A DNA stretch of 64,000 bases, from contig OZ024747.1 of NCBI GenBank assembly GCA_964016885.1, positions 71,920,001-71,984,000 on the forward strand. Direction: 5' to 3'. This document shows, piece by piece, positions 39,226 to 52,699 of the stretch (position 1 is the first letter of the stretch; each line of letters begins with the position of its first letter). The position numbers were made by a program, and so were the translations under genes. This DNA comes from Eledone cirrhosa (lineage: Eukaryota). The notes under the pieces were generated by a model. That model was not told the origin of the DNA, ran no database searches, and was given only the letters and a program-made list of their open reading frames with translations.

Positions 39226-40037
39226 CGAGGTGTGTCAGAAAAGTTCCAGGACTGATGTCACAAAAGATTTATTTCAAACCCAAACTTCACACTAAGAGTT
39301 TTCTCCTTCAAAGTAATCCCCCTGGAGTTTAATGCACTTTTCCATCCTTTTCTGCCACGCTTGCATGCACTCCTGGAAGGATTCTTCCGGGATCCTCTGC
39401 AGTTCCGTCATCACAGCCTTTTTGATGTCGTCCACATCTTCAAAACGTCCCTAGCAAGTCTGGTTCGGTTTTAAGATGCTCGAGGATGTCCTTGCACACT
39501 TGTATGCGTCGACCCTTCTGGTTATCATCCAGCAGTTTTGGCACCATCTTCGCGCAGACTTTCCGCATGTTCAAATCTTCCAGACGCTGTCCCAATTCAT
39601 GCCCAGCTCATTTGCCATCAGTCGAACAGTCAGCCAACGATCGCTACGCACCATCTACCTGACGCGCTCAACGTTGACCTCAGTCCTGATTGTTGAGGGC
39701 CTTCCACATCCTCGCGTCCTTCTTTAAACCTCTTACACCACTCAGAAACACACGAACGTGACATCGTCTCATCTCCATACACTTGCTGCAGCGATCCCAG
39801 TGTTTCTGACCAGAAACTTCAAGTTTGTTCGTTGCTCTGTGCTCATTGCTTGACGACCTGAAACAGAGGACATGTATATAAAATTATGAAGAAAAAAGTT
39901 TGATTGCTGCAGAGAGCTAAGATTACAGTTACATACTTCAAGGGGATTACTTTGAAGGAGAAAACTCTTAGTGTGAAGTTTGGGTTTGAAATAAATCTTT
40001 TGTGACATCAGTCCTGGAACTTTTCTGACACACCTCT
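39226..40037 (-). mobile_element. Non-autonomous mariner-family DNA transposon with 96-bp TIRs and TA target duplication
   Basis: TIRs 39226-39321 and 39942-40037; TA at 39224-25 and 40038-39; relic transposase EQRTNLKFLV, GRPST, RWLTVRLMANELG, WQKRMEKCIKLQGDYFEGENS*. Confidence 0.93.
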
Positions 40038-41389
40038 TATATACACACACATATATATATATATATGCGAAAAGTAAATGGATAAACAAGACAATGAAAC
40101 TACACAGAATACTTGATATAGTATGGAAATAGCTTTAACGTTTCAGACGTTAGTCGATTGTCAGAAGATAGAATGAGGAAGAAAAAATAGGAAAACAGAC
40201 GAGATTGAGAAGAGGAAGAAACAATAAAAAATATATGTATGAATATATACCTATATATAGGACCCGTCCCACCCTTAAAGCGGACGTAAAATGATGATGA
40301 TATATATAAATCGTTTTTGTATTTGTTTTGCAAGATCGTTTATCTGAAAAGGTATGTTGAAATAGATATTGTTATATTTTGGATAGGGTCATGTTGCCAA
40401 TAAAAAACACATGCACCTGTTGGGCATTAGAATTTCCCAGTTGGTTAGTTTTATATCTAGATGGTTGTTAAGTTATTGATTGTCAATGCTCTTTCATCAC
40501 ATTCTTTGGCCTCCTCAGTTACTACTGTTGCTGTTACTTTGTGTCTCTCTTTTGTTCTGTCTTACACTCTTACACCATCATACTTGATAAAAAAATTATG
40601 TGTGTTTATACATATATATATAAAGCAATGTTTTACAAGATGCCTGCTAAAGATAGGGCCAGAAAGGTTAAGAGGGAATATATTACAATACCTTTCATCA
40701 TTAAATTAAAGTTCTATTTTTTGCAAAAAGAATTTGCATAGTTGCCTTCCTGAGTCGGTAAGAAATACAAGAATTTACATTAGTTATCATCACCGTCGTT
40801 TTTATGTCCGTTTGTTCACACTCATATGTGTTAGATGGGTCATTTTCAGCACAGCATCTCTCCACTTACTGCGTTCCTTCATCATATCCTCTGTGAGTTT
40901 CAATGATTTCAGATCAGCTCTCACCACCTTTGCCCAGGTCTTCCTTGGTCTACCTCTACTGCAGCTTCTCTCTTCTGGGATTTCCTGGCACTTCTTCACC
41001 CAGCAATCATCAGCCATGTGCATCACATGTCTGTATCAATGCAATCTCTCTTGTACACCACTTCGGATCCCTTTTAAACCCAGTTTCTCCTTCAGTTCAT
41101 CCAAATTCTGCCTTTCTCTTACATTTACATTAATTAGATTATTTAACTATAACTGTTTCTACTTTTTGGCACAAGGCCAGTAATTATCCCAGTGCATTAC
41201 TGGTACTTTATTTTATCGCCCCTGTAAGGATGAAAGGCAAAATTAACCTCGGTGGATTAGATTATTTAACTATAATAAAGGCCTATTAGATGTTAATGTT
41301 GGGAGTTTTTAAAGAAACCTATCAACAGCCATGTGAATGTGGAATTTCTAGTTTTTGCTACCAGGATGTGTGGCACATGTTTATAGAAG

Positions 41390-42230
41390 ATTTAAATATT
41401 GTTAGGGGTGAGGACATCAGATAGTTGATAGATAAATTGGGCATGAAATATGGTATTGTCAAGGAAGCCCTTGAGAGTCAGTAGCTTGATTAAGGGTAGG
41501 ATGAAGAAGTTGGATAGGGTGGCTGGTGAGATGTTAATGCTTAATAAACTTGAGGTAGAGCAGTATTTAAGTGAGTTCTGTGAAAGATACATTATCATAC
41601 CTGCAGATAAGGGGGCAGGTAATTTCACATTAATTTGTAAGAGATAGTATGTGCTGTCTTTGGATAGGGAGTTGGGAGGTGATAGTGACTATAACTTTAG
41701 TGGTAATGGATTCACAAGTGGTGTTGGAGAATATCAGTTCACTTGGAAGATTTGGGCAGTTGACCAGTGGAAGAGACGAATAGGTATATTCTTAGATTTT
41801 TCTGGATTCCTAAGTTGTATAAGACACAAATGTAAATCTATAGCAGAGGGTAGAAAAGCAGAAATAGACAGGTGGCTATCTTGATTAATGAGTCATTTTA
41901 TAAATATAATAAAGTGAACCTTAGGTGAAGTATAGGGTCAAGTGCTGAAGTTTTTAATTACATTGTGTAGAATTAAGGTGGTTAAAACTATGCCTGTTTA
42001 TGATTACACTATCTCATATACCAGTTTAGTTGTGGAAGTGGTGGTATGGTGGGGGTAGGGTTGGTGGTAAGATAATTGACCTGGTTTTCAGACAGAAATA
42101 TTCATTTACGAATAGGAAAGGTTTTATGTCGAGGATAGGGTAAAATGGATACACTTGTTTGATGAAGGTAAGGCTCAAACAGCTTGTTGATTTCATAGCA
42201 AATAATACATGTCGTGTTCAGTTAAAAATT
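41390..42230 (+). mobile_element. Degenerate Penelope-like element RT remnant
   Basis: YIIIPADKGAGNFTLICKR, FWIPKLYK and YD..SYTSL resemble PLE ADK, PKLHK and DF..LYT motifs. Confidence 0.6.
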
Positions 42231-44525
42231 ATTTCTGAAGTTATACTGACTATGAGTGAATACACTGCCAATTATGTAATAGAGTAGTAGTCGATGTAGA
42301 GTAATATAGAAACTACATTATATGACAGCTGCAACCTGATGAAATTTGTTGCCCCCCTACCAGTAATTCTCCCTTTTCTATATTTGTTCTCTTTTGGCTA
42401 AGCCCTCATGCACCATTCTCTCCCTTTTTTTTTTGTCAGTTGATGCACTAGAGATAGTTTTTTGTTTTTATTTGTGTAATTTGATGAAAGGCATAAATTG
42501 TCTTTCTCTCTTCCTGTTTTGTTACATCCCAATATGCACTGGAATGAATAGTATCAACCTTAATTACCGAAACTGTAGTGATTTCCAGAGGTTGACTGCG
42601 GGGGTGGGGGTCCATTTTTCTGTTGTTTTTGCCAATTGTATTTGTCCTATGTGCCCCACTGTTTAATTCATATTCTAAAGACTTAGCCGTGTGAGCATTT
42701 TTTTAAACTGTATATATATTTATTATAAGAACAGATTAAAGTTTAAGCAAATTCTTCTGAAATATTTTTTATATATATATATAATCCTTATCAAGCCCTC
42801 TTCGGATTTTAGTCTTCACATTTATTATTACTATATATATATATATATATATATTTGTATTGGTGCTCCAACAGCGATATACACATAAATGTACATATTG
42901 TATATTGAATAATATACAAGATGTTTATGAAAAACATTTGAAGGCCTTTCGCTATGAATTTTTAATGTTGTGATCATCATCACACACCCAACCTCAGCAA
43001 AAACAGAGAAATAATCAACACTTTTCTCACTTATTAGTGTTTATTGAGACTACATATCACCTGTCTTTGTAAGCTAGAATCTTATAGATTTCAGCCTGTT
43101 TTCTGAACTGATATAACTCATTTGTATACCGAGTGGTAGTCAGCCAGACTTATATAAAAAAGTTTGTATTGGTGTTCCACTGTAAAGTGGTTGTGTTGGT
43201 GACTTGACAAAAAGCACCTGCTCCACTCTGCAAAGGAGTCATATTGGTGACATGAAAATGTACCCATTCCCACCTGTCAGTTGGTCGTTTTGATGGTTCA
43301 AATGTTTGTATTGATTAATATTTGCTGTACTGAATGTTTTTCAATGTTTAAACACCAATTCTTGGAGGGGGGGGGATAAATATATGCTGTGAGTAGTAGT
43401 GCACGTAGAGGCCCCAGTATGCTGCTTTGTTCAAGAGCCCAAGGGCCTATAATGTTGTTGAGATAGCTGTAACCACATATCTGTGGTATTAACTGCATTA
43501 ACTATTGTATGTATGGACCTGTAACTCCTGATGCAGTTGTAATTACAGCATTTCTTGAACATTTTAAACCTGTGGAGCCCAACCCTTTCTGGATCTGAAC
43601 ATAACGATTTCTTCCAAAGAAGGAGAGAGAAAGAGAGTAATAGAAAGAGGAAGTGGAAAAGATCCCAGTTCTAGACAGATACTTTTTTTTTTATTGACCT
43701 CGAAAAACTGAAAGGCAAAGTTAACTTCAGCAGAATTTGAACTCAGAGCACAGAGAACCAGAAAAACTGAAAAGCATTTTATCCAATGTTCTAATGACCT
43801 TACCAAACTACTCCTTACATTAACCATTATGCTAAGGCAAATTTGCAACTTCAGACCATCAGATTAGCACATGTAAACACCTAGTTGGACAAGCTACAAT
43901 TGTTTAGCCCTATTCATATCTCACAAGCTTTGCTGGTATTTCAGTAGCTACTTAACAATCAGCAGACAGACTGTCTCAATGCTGTCATACATAGCCAGTC
44001 TCACATAGAGTACTTCCATACTGAATAAACTGATACCAGAACAAATGTAATATAATATAAATGATTAAGATTTTTTAGATTTATGTATGACAAACCTAAA
44101 TAACATATTTACAAGCAATGTTACATTTGGTGGAAAAAAGTGGACAGAACTGCCTTCATGTTCATATAATATATATATTCTATGTTATGTGTGCGTATAT
44201 ATATATATTCTATGTACATAATATATATTATATGTATATACATAATATATATATGTATAGAATTATTACCGTTTATTATGTGTGTGTGTGTATATCATCA
44301 TCGTTTAACATCCATTTTTCCACACTAGCATGGGCTAGAACGGGTGTCCCATTAGAAGTTGGGTCAGGTGACCGTGTCTTGCTCATATAGAACTGTTTCT
44401 GGCTACGTTTCTTCGGCTCAACCACATTTAGTGTGCACTGGGTGCTTTTTGTCATGACACCTTACAGTGTGGGCTACGGGTTGTCCCATTAGAGGCATGT
44501 TGGGTCGAGTATATATTATATTATA

Positions 44526-44556
<31 letters not shown>

Positions 44557-46223
44557 GATAGTGAGTGCTGTAGTAGCCTGAAAAACTGAACTAGCAATGC
44601 ATTGTAGGTACTTTTATTTGACGAACTTAGCTCTTAACTCTTTGAAATAAATGATACAGATTACTCATTATTTTTCATCATATGTCTACTATCTCAAGTA
44701 TTGAGTACTCTGCTAAATAATGGTAAAATCCTGATCTACATATATATTCTAGACCACCCGTAACCCAAGTCACATTTGCTTCAAATTATTTTTTTTTAAA
44801 ATCATGGTCACTTAAAAATAATTTTTAAACAATTAAAATACAGACGTATATAATGTGAAATGAAAGTGGAAGGCCCATATATATACATATGTGTATGTGT
44901 ATATATAAATGTGTGTATACATATATATATATATGTGGGTGTCTATATACACACACACACACTCATATATATATACACAACACCACCAGCTCTCTCTCTC
45001 TCTTCCATTCTTCTTCTCTATCTCTCTCTTTGTTTATACCCTCTCTTTGTACCCGGAAAAACCCGATATCTCGGGAATCCGTGTTCTGATTTATGCAAAG
45101 CTTGTTTTATTCCATTTCAGGGGCAGCTTCCTTTCAAAGTATTTTCTCGTTATGCACCCTTTTGGCTGTATTACATTAGACAAGCAAGCAATCACAGACT
45201 TTTAGTATTATATTGATAACAAAAGGGGTGTGGGACCAACACTGTCCCAAGGCAGATATGTACAGGAGTTAGAATGTACGTATATATATATATATATATA
45301 TGGAAGGGCATCCAGCTGTAGAAATCAAGCCAAAATCAGTTCCCGTATGAGCAAGACAAGGTCACCCGACCTGGCATTGCCCACAACAGGACAACCCGTG
45401 CTAGTGTGGAAGAATGGGTGTAAAATGGTGATGATGATGATATATATATATATGTTCCTTGAGCAAGACATTTTATTTCACGTTGCTCCAGTTTACTCAT
45501 TATGTGCCGTTTTGGCTGTATTACATTACAGACAAGCAAGCAATCACAGAGTTTTAGTAGTATATAGATAGATATGTGTGTGTGTAAATGTTTGTCTGTG
45601 TGTGCATGTGTTCCATCTACCACTTAATTTCTCAAGTTAAAACAACGTAAGGCCAGTGTAGTATTAATAACACTAATGATGTACGTTCAATCCCTATACT
45701 GACCAATTTCTTTATAAGTTATGGATTTGTCTCCTGCTAAGATCTACTTATCTTTATTATACAAATGTATAAAGGAATTTAAACAATTTTATCTTAAACA
45801 TTACACTGAATATAGTCTAAGTTAAATCACTGCCCAACTGTTTGGGGTTTTTTTGCTTATGTTATTGGTATGATTGAATGCAGGTCCATGTGTATATAGA
45901 TAAAAGGAAAGTAAAGTATTATAATTAAATGTCTGGCATTTGAATGTTATCAATGGAATCATATATATGTCGGCATAGCCACACATCTCTCCATCTCACT
46001 TAATTTTTGAAAATCACGAAACTTGTGAAACCGGTAAAGTTATAAAGTTATTGTAAATAAACCTTCTTAAAGACCAATTGCATTTTCAACTTTTTTCCTA
46101 TATTTTTACCTGCAAGTTATTTTTTTTTTTTAGTGTGTGTATATAAACAAAGAGGGTGTAGTAAGATACCAGATGGACCATAACGCACCAGAGTACTCAA
46201 TACTTAGGGTAGTAGAGTGGGTA

Positions 46224-46306
46224 ATAGGAAAAGAGTCAGGACCCCGACGGCTGAGCTTCGGCCATTTCAACAGCTCAATACGTTGGGGTCCTGACTCTTT
46301 TCCTAT
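46224..46306. other. 83-nt hairpin with a 22-bp perfect stem
   Basis: ataggaaaagagtcaggacccc (46224-46245) is the exact reverse complement of ggggtcctgactcttttcctat (46285-46306). Confidence 0.9.
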
Positions 46307-46713
46307 ATGTATATATATACACATACACATACATACAAAAAAGACCAACAACTGTGACTCAGCTGCTCAGATTCAAACCATGTTTGCATTAACTCTTGAA
46401 AATGTTATTATTTATTTCCCCCTATATTAATTATGTTGAGTTCGAATATTTTTATTTCATGAAATTAAAGTATGCTGTAACCTTAAACTAAATATATATT
46501 GTATTATTGTATAAAGAAATATATCTATCTATCAATAAAGAAATATATATTGTATTATTGTTATAGTTGGGGAGGGTCATGTTATAATTTTGCCAGAAAT
46601 ATATAATAAAACACACTCAGTTTGGTGTGGGTTGGTTTTCGCTTCCGTATATTTTATATCCCTATAGTTAATTTAGCTGGCAATCAATGTTTATCATTAT
46701 TCTATATTGTATT

Positions 46714-46897
46714 GGTGGTGGATTGGCAGTATCGGTAGAGGGTCGGACGCCATGCTTTCCAGCATAGTTACGTCCCTTTACGATCTGAGTTCAAATCCCG
46801 CCGAGGTTGACTTTGCCTTTCATCCTTACGGGGTCGATAAAATAAAGTACCAGTAATGCACTGGGTAATTGCTGGCCTTGTGCCTAAAGTAGAAACA
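46714..46897 (+). mobile_element. Full-length family A SINE with an 18-bp TSD
   Basis: attattctatattgtatt at 46696-46713 and 46898-46915. Confidence 0.92.
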
Positions 46898-49800
46898 ATT
46901 ATTCTATATTGTATTAAATTTCTGGTCAATTGTTTTTCTTTTAAAAATATATTAAAAACACCTTGAAAATAGAGCCATAATCTATTATATATTTCTAAAT
47001 GTTTGTCTGTATATATGTTCCCTCTCTCCTAAAATGCTTTAGATATCTCTTCCCACCGATATCGTACTTTCAATATTTCAATGCTCTACTTCCTAGAGCC
47101 ACTTTCTCTCATTTTATCATCACTTGCTACTTCCAATCTACCTATTCCCCTATCTTTCATCTCTCGTGCTTTCTATTTCCTATTTTTCAAGTTAATCTAA
47201 ACTTTCAATCTGTATACTTTTTATATTATTTAAAATTAGCAATTCAATGGTCATAGTTATGTCTTTCTATGTAGTTATATTTCTTCAGTTTTGTTCTTTC
47301 TTTATTGATATTTCCATAGAAAATAAGTCGCACAATTATATCTTCTACTGTCAAATACAAATTAACTTTAATGGCAGCAGAACCATACTTTGCATATGGC
47401 CAATTTTATGTAGGATACTCATGAGTTGGAAGCCTACTCTCAATCACTTTATGCCTCTATTGGTAAATCTTGAGATGCTATCATAAGTGTTCAGATGGTT
47501 ACAGAGCTAATGCCATAAGACTGAGATTCAGTGCAATTCTTAATTGTCATTTCTTTTTTGTTTTAATATTGCTTCTGACCAGTTCCAATATTTGGATGTG
47601 TGCATTACCTCTATGCACTCCACTCAGCACGTTCTAAGAATGATTATATCCTATGAATGGTTGGTTTACTTCTTTACTCTCAAGTTTCTGCTAATTTTTA
47701 AAAGCTTTTTTTTTTTTAAGAATTAAAATATTTCTATAATATAGTTTCAAATTAATTAAAATTGTTTTCACTTTCCCTTTGGTCTTATATAATATACAAC
47801 AATTAACTATAAAGCATTTACAAAACTAGGATATCAACTATATTATTCTTATTTTACAGTGCATTAGACAATGGAATGTTATAAACGTGCTGGGGAAAAT
47901 ATTCATTTCTTACGTGAACGTTCACTTTACAAGAGAAATCCAATTACCGAATAATTAAGAACAATCCTGGTGCATTTATAATTACTTTTCAACTTGGGCA
48001 ACAGCAGATATTCTAATATATACATTCGAAAAATACGGAGTACAATTATCTGTAGCGGCTGCTGGCCAATTTTTTCGAGCTCCAGGGGTATTCTACCCGA
48101 TCTTCTAAGCTATTATTTATAGCGACCAACTGTTGTTAGTTATTTTCTGCGTTTGGGATTCACCCATTTTCATTATATATATATATATATATATATAGTT
48201 TGAACTCATTAACAGGTGTATGGAACATATTTTAAAAAAACAAGCGAAAGAACATTGACGCGATTGCTAGAATTATATGCCTTATATTACAAACTACCAT
48301 CCTCCAAAAATTTAAACCCAACTCTGGATAAATTAAATCTAAATATATCGATGCCATTACAAATTAAAATGGTATGGTCGTGGCTGGAATATTTTTAGTT
48401 CAATCAGTATGACCTGAGGCCAAACAATAACAAGCGTTAAGTGCCTGAGTCAGCGTCCAATCATCTTCATGTATGCACGAGATTCGTCATAGCAAGAAGA
48501 ATTGTCACAGCGACATGTATACAGACACACGATGTTTTATTTGAAAACGAAATATCTTTTTTGTCACTTTTTCTTTTTCATGAAAATTAATATCATTTTG
48601 TTGAATAAATACAATTATAAAGACATTAAACGAAATATTTATATATAGTTTTTACTTAATACACGCACACACATCCACACGCGCATATGTACATCATATA
48701 TAAATATATATGTATATCATATAAATATATATATATATATAATCATATAAAGAAAATATTCGGTAAAAATGTGTTTTTCATGTTTCTTTTAAATGAGTTT
48801 TGGTTTTATTTTGCTTACTGGGACGATGTAAAATGTTAAAGCAGTAATGAGTTATGGTAACGTATCAGGCCAATAATAGCAGTAACACTGACGATGAAGG
48901 CAAAAATAATAATTGACAGTTAACGGAAAGATAGGTTTAAAGATTTTCAACTGGGAATCGAAACTGCTTACACCGATCAACTTAAAGCTGCCCTCACCCC
49001 AACATTGAAATATTTATTATCGAGTATATTTACATATAATCAATTATAATACATTATATTAATTGAATGACGAGTTTTTTACCCTGTATGAACAAATGGA
49101 AGGGGTTTGTTTTTTTTTAAAGATGGAAGAAAATTAACATATGCTGCCTTTAAGAGAATCAATCTTCCCTCTAACAAAGTTCAACGGAAGTTGATAAAAA
49201 TAAACAAAGAAAATGAGTCATCACCGGGAGATTTAGCTCCACTCCAGTCTGCGACCCACATCTAGCTTGTTTTGTGCGCTTTTCACTTATTTTATCGCCG
49301 TCACTGTGAACATGCACCAAATAGAATTCATTTTATCTGTTTTTGTTTTTCGCAAATTCTAATCCAGACAATGCATTTAATTAACACGTGCAAATAAAAT
49401 CTATTATCAGGTGATGCTTGGCTGTTCCAGCGCTTCAGACTAGCTAATAACCAGGGGCAATGCCATATTTTGGGTTGCCTTAATTCTTTAGGGAGAAACA
49501 CCCAAGTTCCCTGTTGTAGTGTGTAATCGAGGGAGTGTGCATTTTGTTTTTACTCATTTATTTTTTTTGTTATTGTCCGTTTACTTTGGTAATTGTATTG
49601 ACGAAATAATGCTTTCTGTTGCAATAAACAGAATTTCAGTGATACGCATTTATCTATCTAAATAACACGACGAAAATTATTTATATTTAAAAGTACAAGT
49701 CACCTGTACCTCCACTAACAAAAACATACATTATGTCTTGTACAGTGAGTTTTCAGTGAAAACTTGCAAATATGAAAGAGAGGCTGAGAAAACTATTCTC

Positions 49801-52699
49801 TGGTATGGCGACGTCGACGAGGAAATGAAATATTTTGAATGGAATTGATTATCTTCAGGTGAAATTAAAATAGAGTAAGAATTCCCGCTGAAAAGCACAC
49901 GAGGCTGAGTTTAAGAATCGACACATAGAAACTTGATTTTTTTTCTTCTCAACTGAATACTTTCATTATATACACCTATATTCTTAAATGCTTTCATAAC
50001 AATACTTTCGTTCTACGTTTTAAACAAATTTTTTATTTTATTTTTACCATTTATTATAATTTCATGGAGAAGCCATTAAAAATAATTGAGTGGTAATCAA
50101 TCTAACCACAGGTCCCAGCTTGCATGAATGCCTATGTCAACAAACACTATTTCAGAATTTAGATGTTCTTGTTTAAACCATATTTAAGGGACATATCCTG
50201 TATTTAAAAAAAAAAAAAAAAAAAAACGTTCGAACGAACTTATTAAATAATGACGATATGTGCTTTTTTTTTTATTATTTCCAAGTAATCGAGAGAAGAA
50301 AAAAAGTTTCTACGTGCCGATTTTTAAAACCCCGCCGCATGCGGCTTTCCATATATATTTACATATTCTTATACGGCATTTATTCGTCTTTCTCACACCC
50401 TCCCCCAACAGAGATTGAGTGAGAGGAAAAGAGGAATATATGCTGTTTTATTTATTTGGAATTGAGGCTTCCCTCCATCGCTTCTGCAAATTTACACACA
50501 CGCATCATTCCCGTTTATGTGTCCTTTTTCTATGGAAACACATATTTATAGGCGTGTGTGTGTTGGACAATAATCGTTGTGTACACGTTAAGTCTATTGA
50601 ATAGGCCAATAATATCTGGTTTTATTTTATCGATCACTGAAGTATGAAACGTGAACTCAACTCTACACGGGATTTCAAACTGAGAATATAAGGTCACGTG
50701 ATAACTAAGGCATTCTAGTGTCTCTCTCAACCCACCTCCTTTACACATTAAACTAGAACAAGCTTGAGTCAACGATGCTATCTATATGGTAGCTTGATTT
50801 GCTAAAAATATTAGTCAAAGCACACTCATAAAAGGGAGCTGACATTGAATAATGAAAAAAAAAAAAAAAAAAACATTCATGGTTTGAATGTTTTTGAACA
50901 TAAGCCTGCTGAATCATGGGTGACTAGGGCTAAACAACAGCATACCATAGCCAATTCTTAAGCAAATCGGTAAAAAAGGGGACAAGAGGGTAGAGAGAGG
51001 AGGGTTGACTAATCCCTTCAAACACGATGGCCGAGTTTGAGAGAAAAGGAGGTTAAGATTTATACAACAACATATAAATCTCGCTACATCGAATATTTCA
51101 CTACTGGGCTTCATTGCATTACGTTAGATATTTGGAAAAACTAAAAGAAAACTTATTGTGTTCGTAATATAGGAGACGAGGAGAGATTACAAACACGGGA
51201 GGGTAGAAACGCGGGAAAAGCAGGCGTGAATAACGTTTTAAAATCAGGTCAATTTTTGTTTTTAAGTTGAATGTTTATGTGGATTTTATCCTCTTAAGTA
51301 AGCACTAGTTGCAATCTAAAGAGTGTATGCAACCACTTGAGAGAAAATAAAAACCTATATGCTTAATATACGTAAAATTATTTACACAGAAAATTGCTAC
51401 AGTGGTTTGAAAACATGACAACTGTAAACAATGCAAAGATGTTCTCTATATATTGTCTGGGCACTAAACTATATTCCAGAGTTTAGCCTACTGTAAACAT
51501 GGAAAATATTCAATATTGAAACCATTAACGAACGGAACGTTCTCTTCTTCATGTTTAAGTAATTGAAATAAACTGTCATTTAAAAAAATACATCAACATA
51601 ATGAGGACTTCGAAAATGCATGTGCAAAATTTCTTTTAAAAATATCCATTTAAAAAAAGGTTAGAAGAAAACAGTCGTGAAGGGGGCACTAAAGTGTAGT
51701 TATATACCTATATATGTATAGCAGTAGTGGTAAAACGTAAGAAGCAACTTTTTAAGGCGTCTCTTTGAGCAGTTTTATGGGTTCTGTAACCGTTTTTAAT
51801 CATGGTAAATAACATACCTTTTTTTTTTTTTTAGATAAATTTTATCTAATATAAACAGTAAGAAGCAACTCTAAAAACAATGTTTTACTTCTATCGTGTC
51901 ATGGGGGCCCACAAGGCTCCCTGCTGTAATAAGGGTAAATAAATAGCCTTTGTGTTGTATTTGTACATTAACTTGTTTTTCTTCATATCCATCTCATGTC
52001 TAATATAATTCTTAACTTGCATTTTTTTTTTATTCATAAGTATTTTCATATATCTTGGATTTTTACTTACTGTCTTAAGATAATGGTAGCCTTGTAAAAA
52101 ATGCTCCCTTAATTGTGAGCTTGGTTATTTCGTGTGGATTTTGTAAACAACGGTTTGGTTCGAATTGTCTATGCCCTGCTTTACATCACCCATAGCATGT
52201 TTTTTCTCAATGCTCATATAAGGTAAAAACCTCAAACATTATATATAAACTATAATTTAGGAATTAAAACTTATGGAATTCGTCAAATTTAATTCTATAC
52301 AAACTAGTATGTAAATTTATTCAAAAAGTGAACTTTAAAAAAGTTGCTTTTAAGTACTTGAGTTTTACCACTACCCAATACATAAAATATGCACATTCGG
52401 GCAAAACTAAATTGTTTCATCTCGACATTTTAGCCTGTCAACATGGTGAAAAGCTACATAAGAATTGAAACGGAAACTAATACTGTACACAATTATATAT
52501 TCTTCTCTGATGCACAATCATATATTCTTTGGTGCATATGAAAAAAGATTATAGTTTTTAAAAAAAATATAATATAAACATGTAGAAAGGTATCCTTAAT
52601 TATGTTCCATAATGTATCCCTAATAATTACGGGATGAAAAAATGGTTGTTGCGTATTTTTCAAATACGAATTGAAAAGTTTCGGGAAAATATTAACCTT

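Noticed and set aside
47860-48120. Coding exon after the ttttacag acceptor
   Set aside because: All three plus-strand frames close within ~35 codons; at most a non-coding exon
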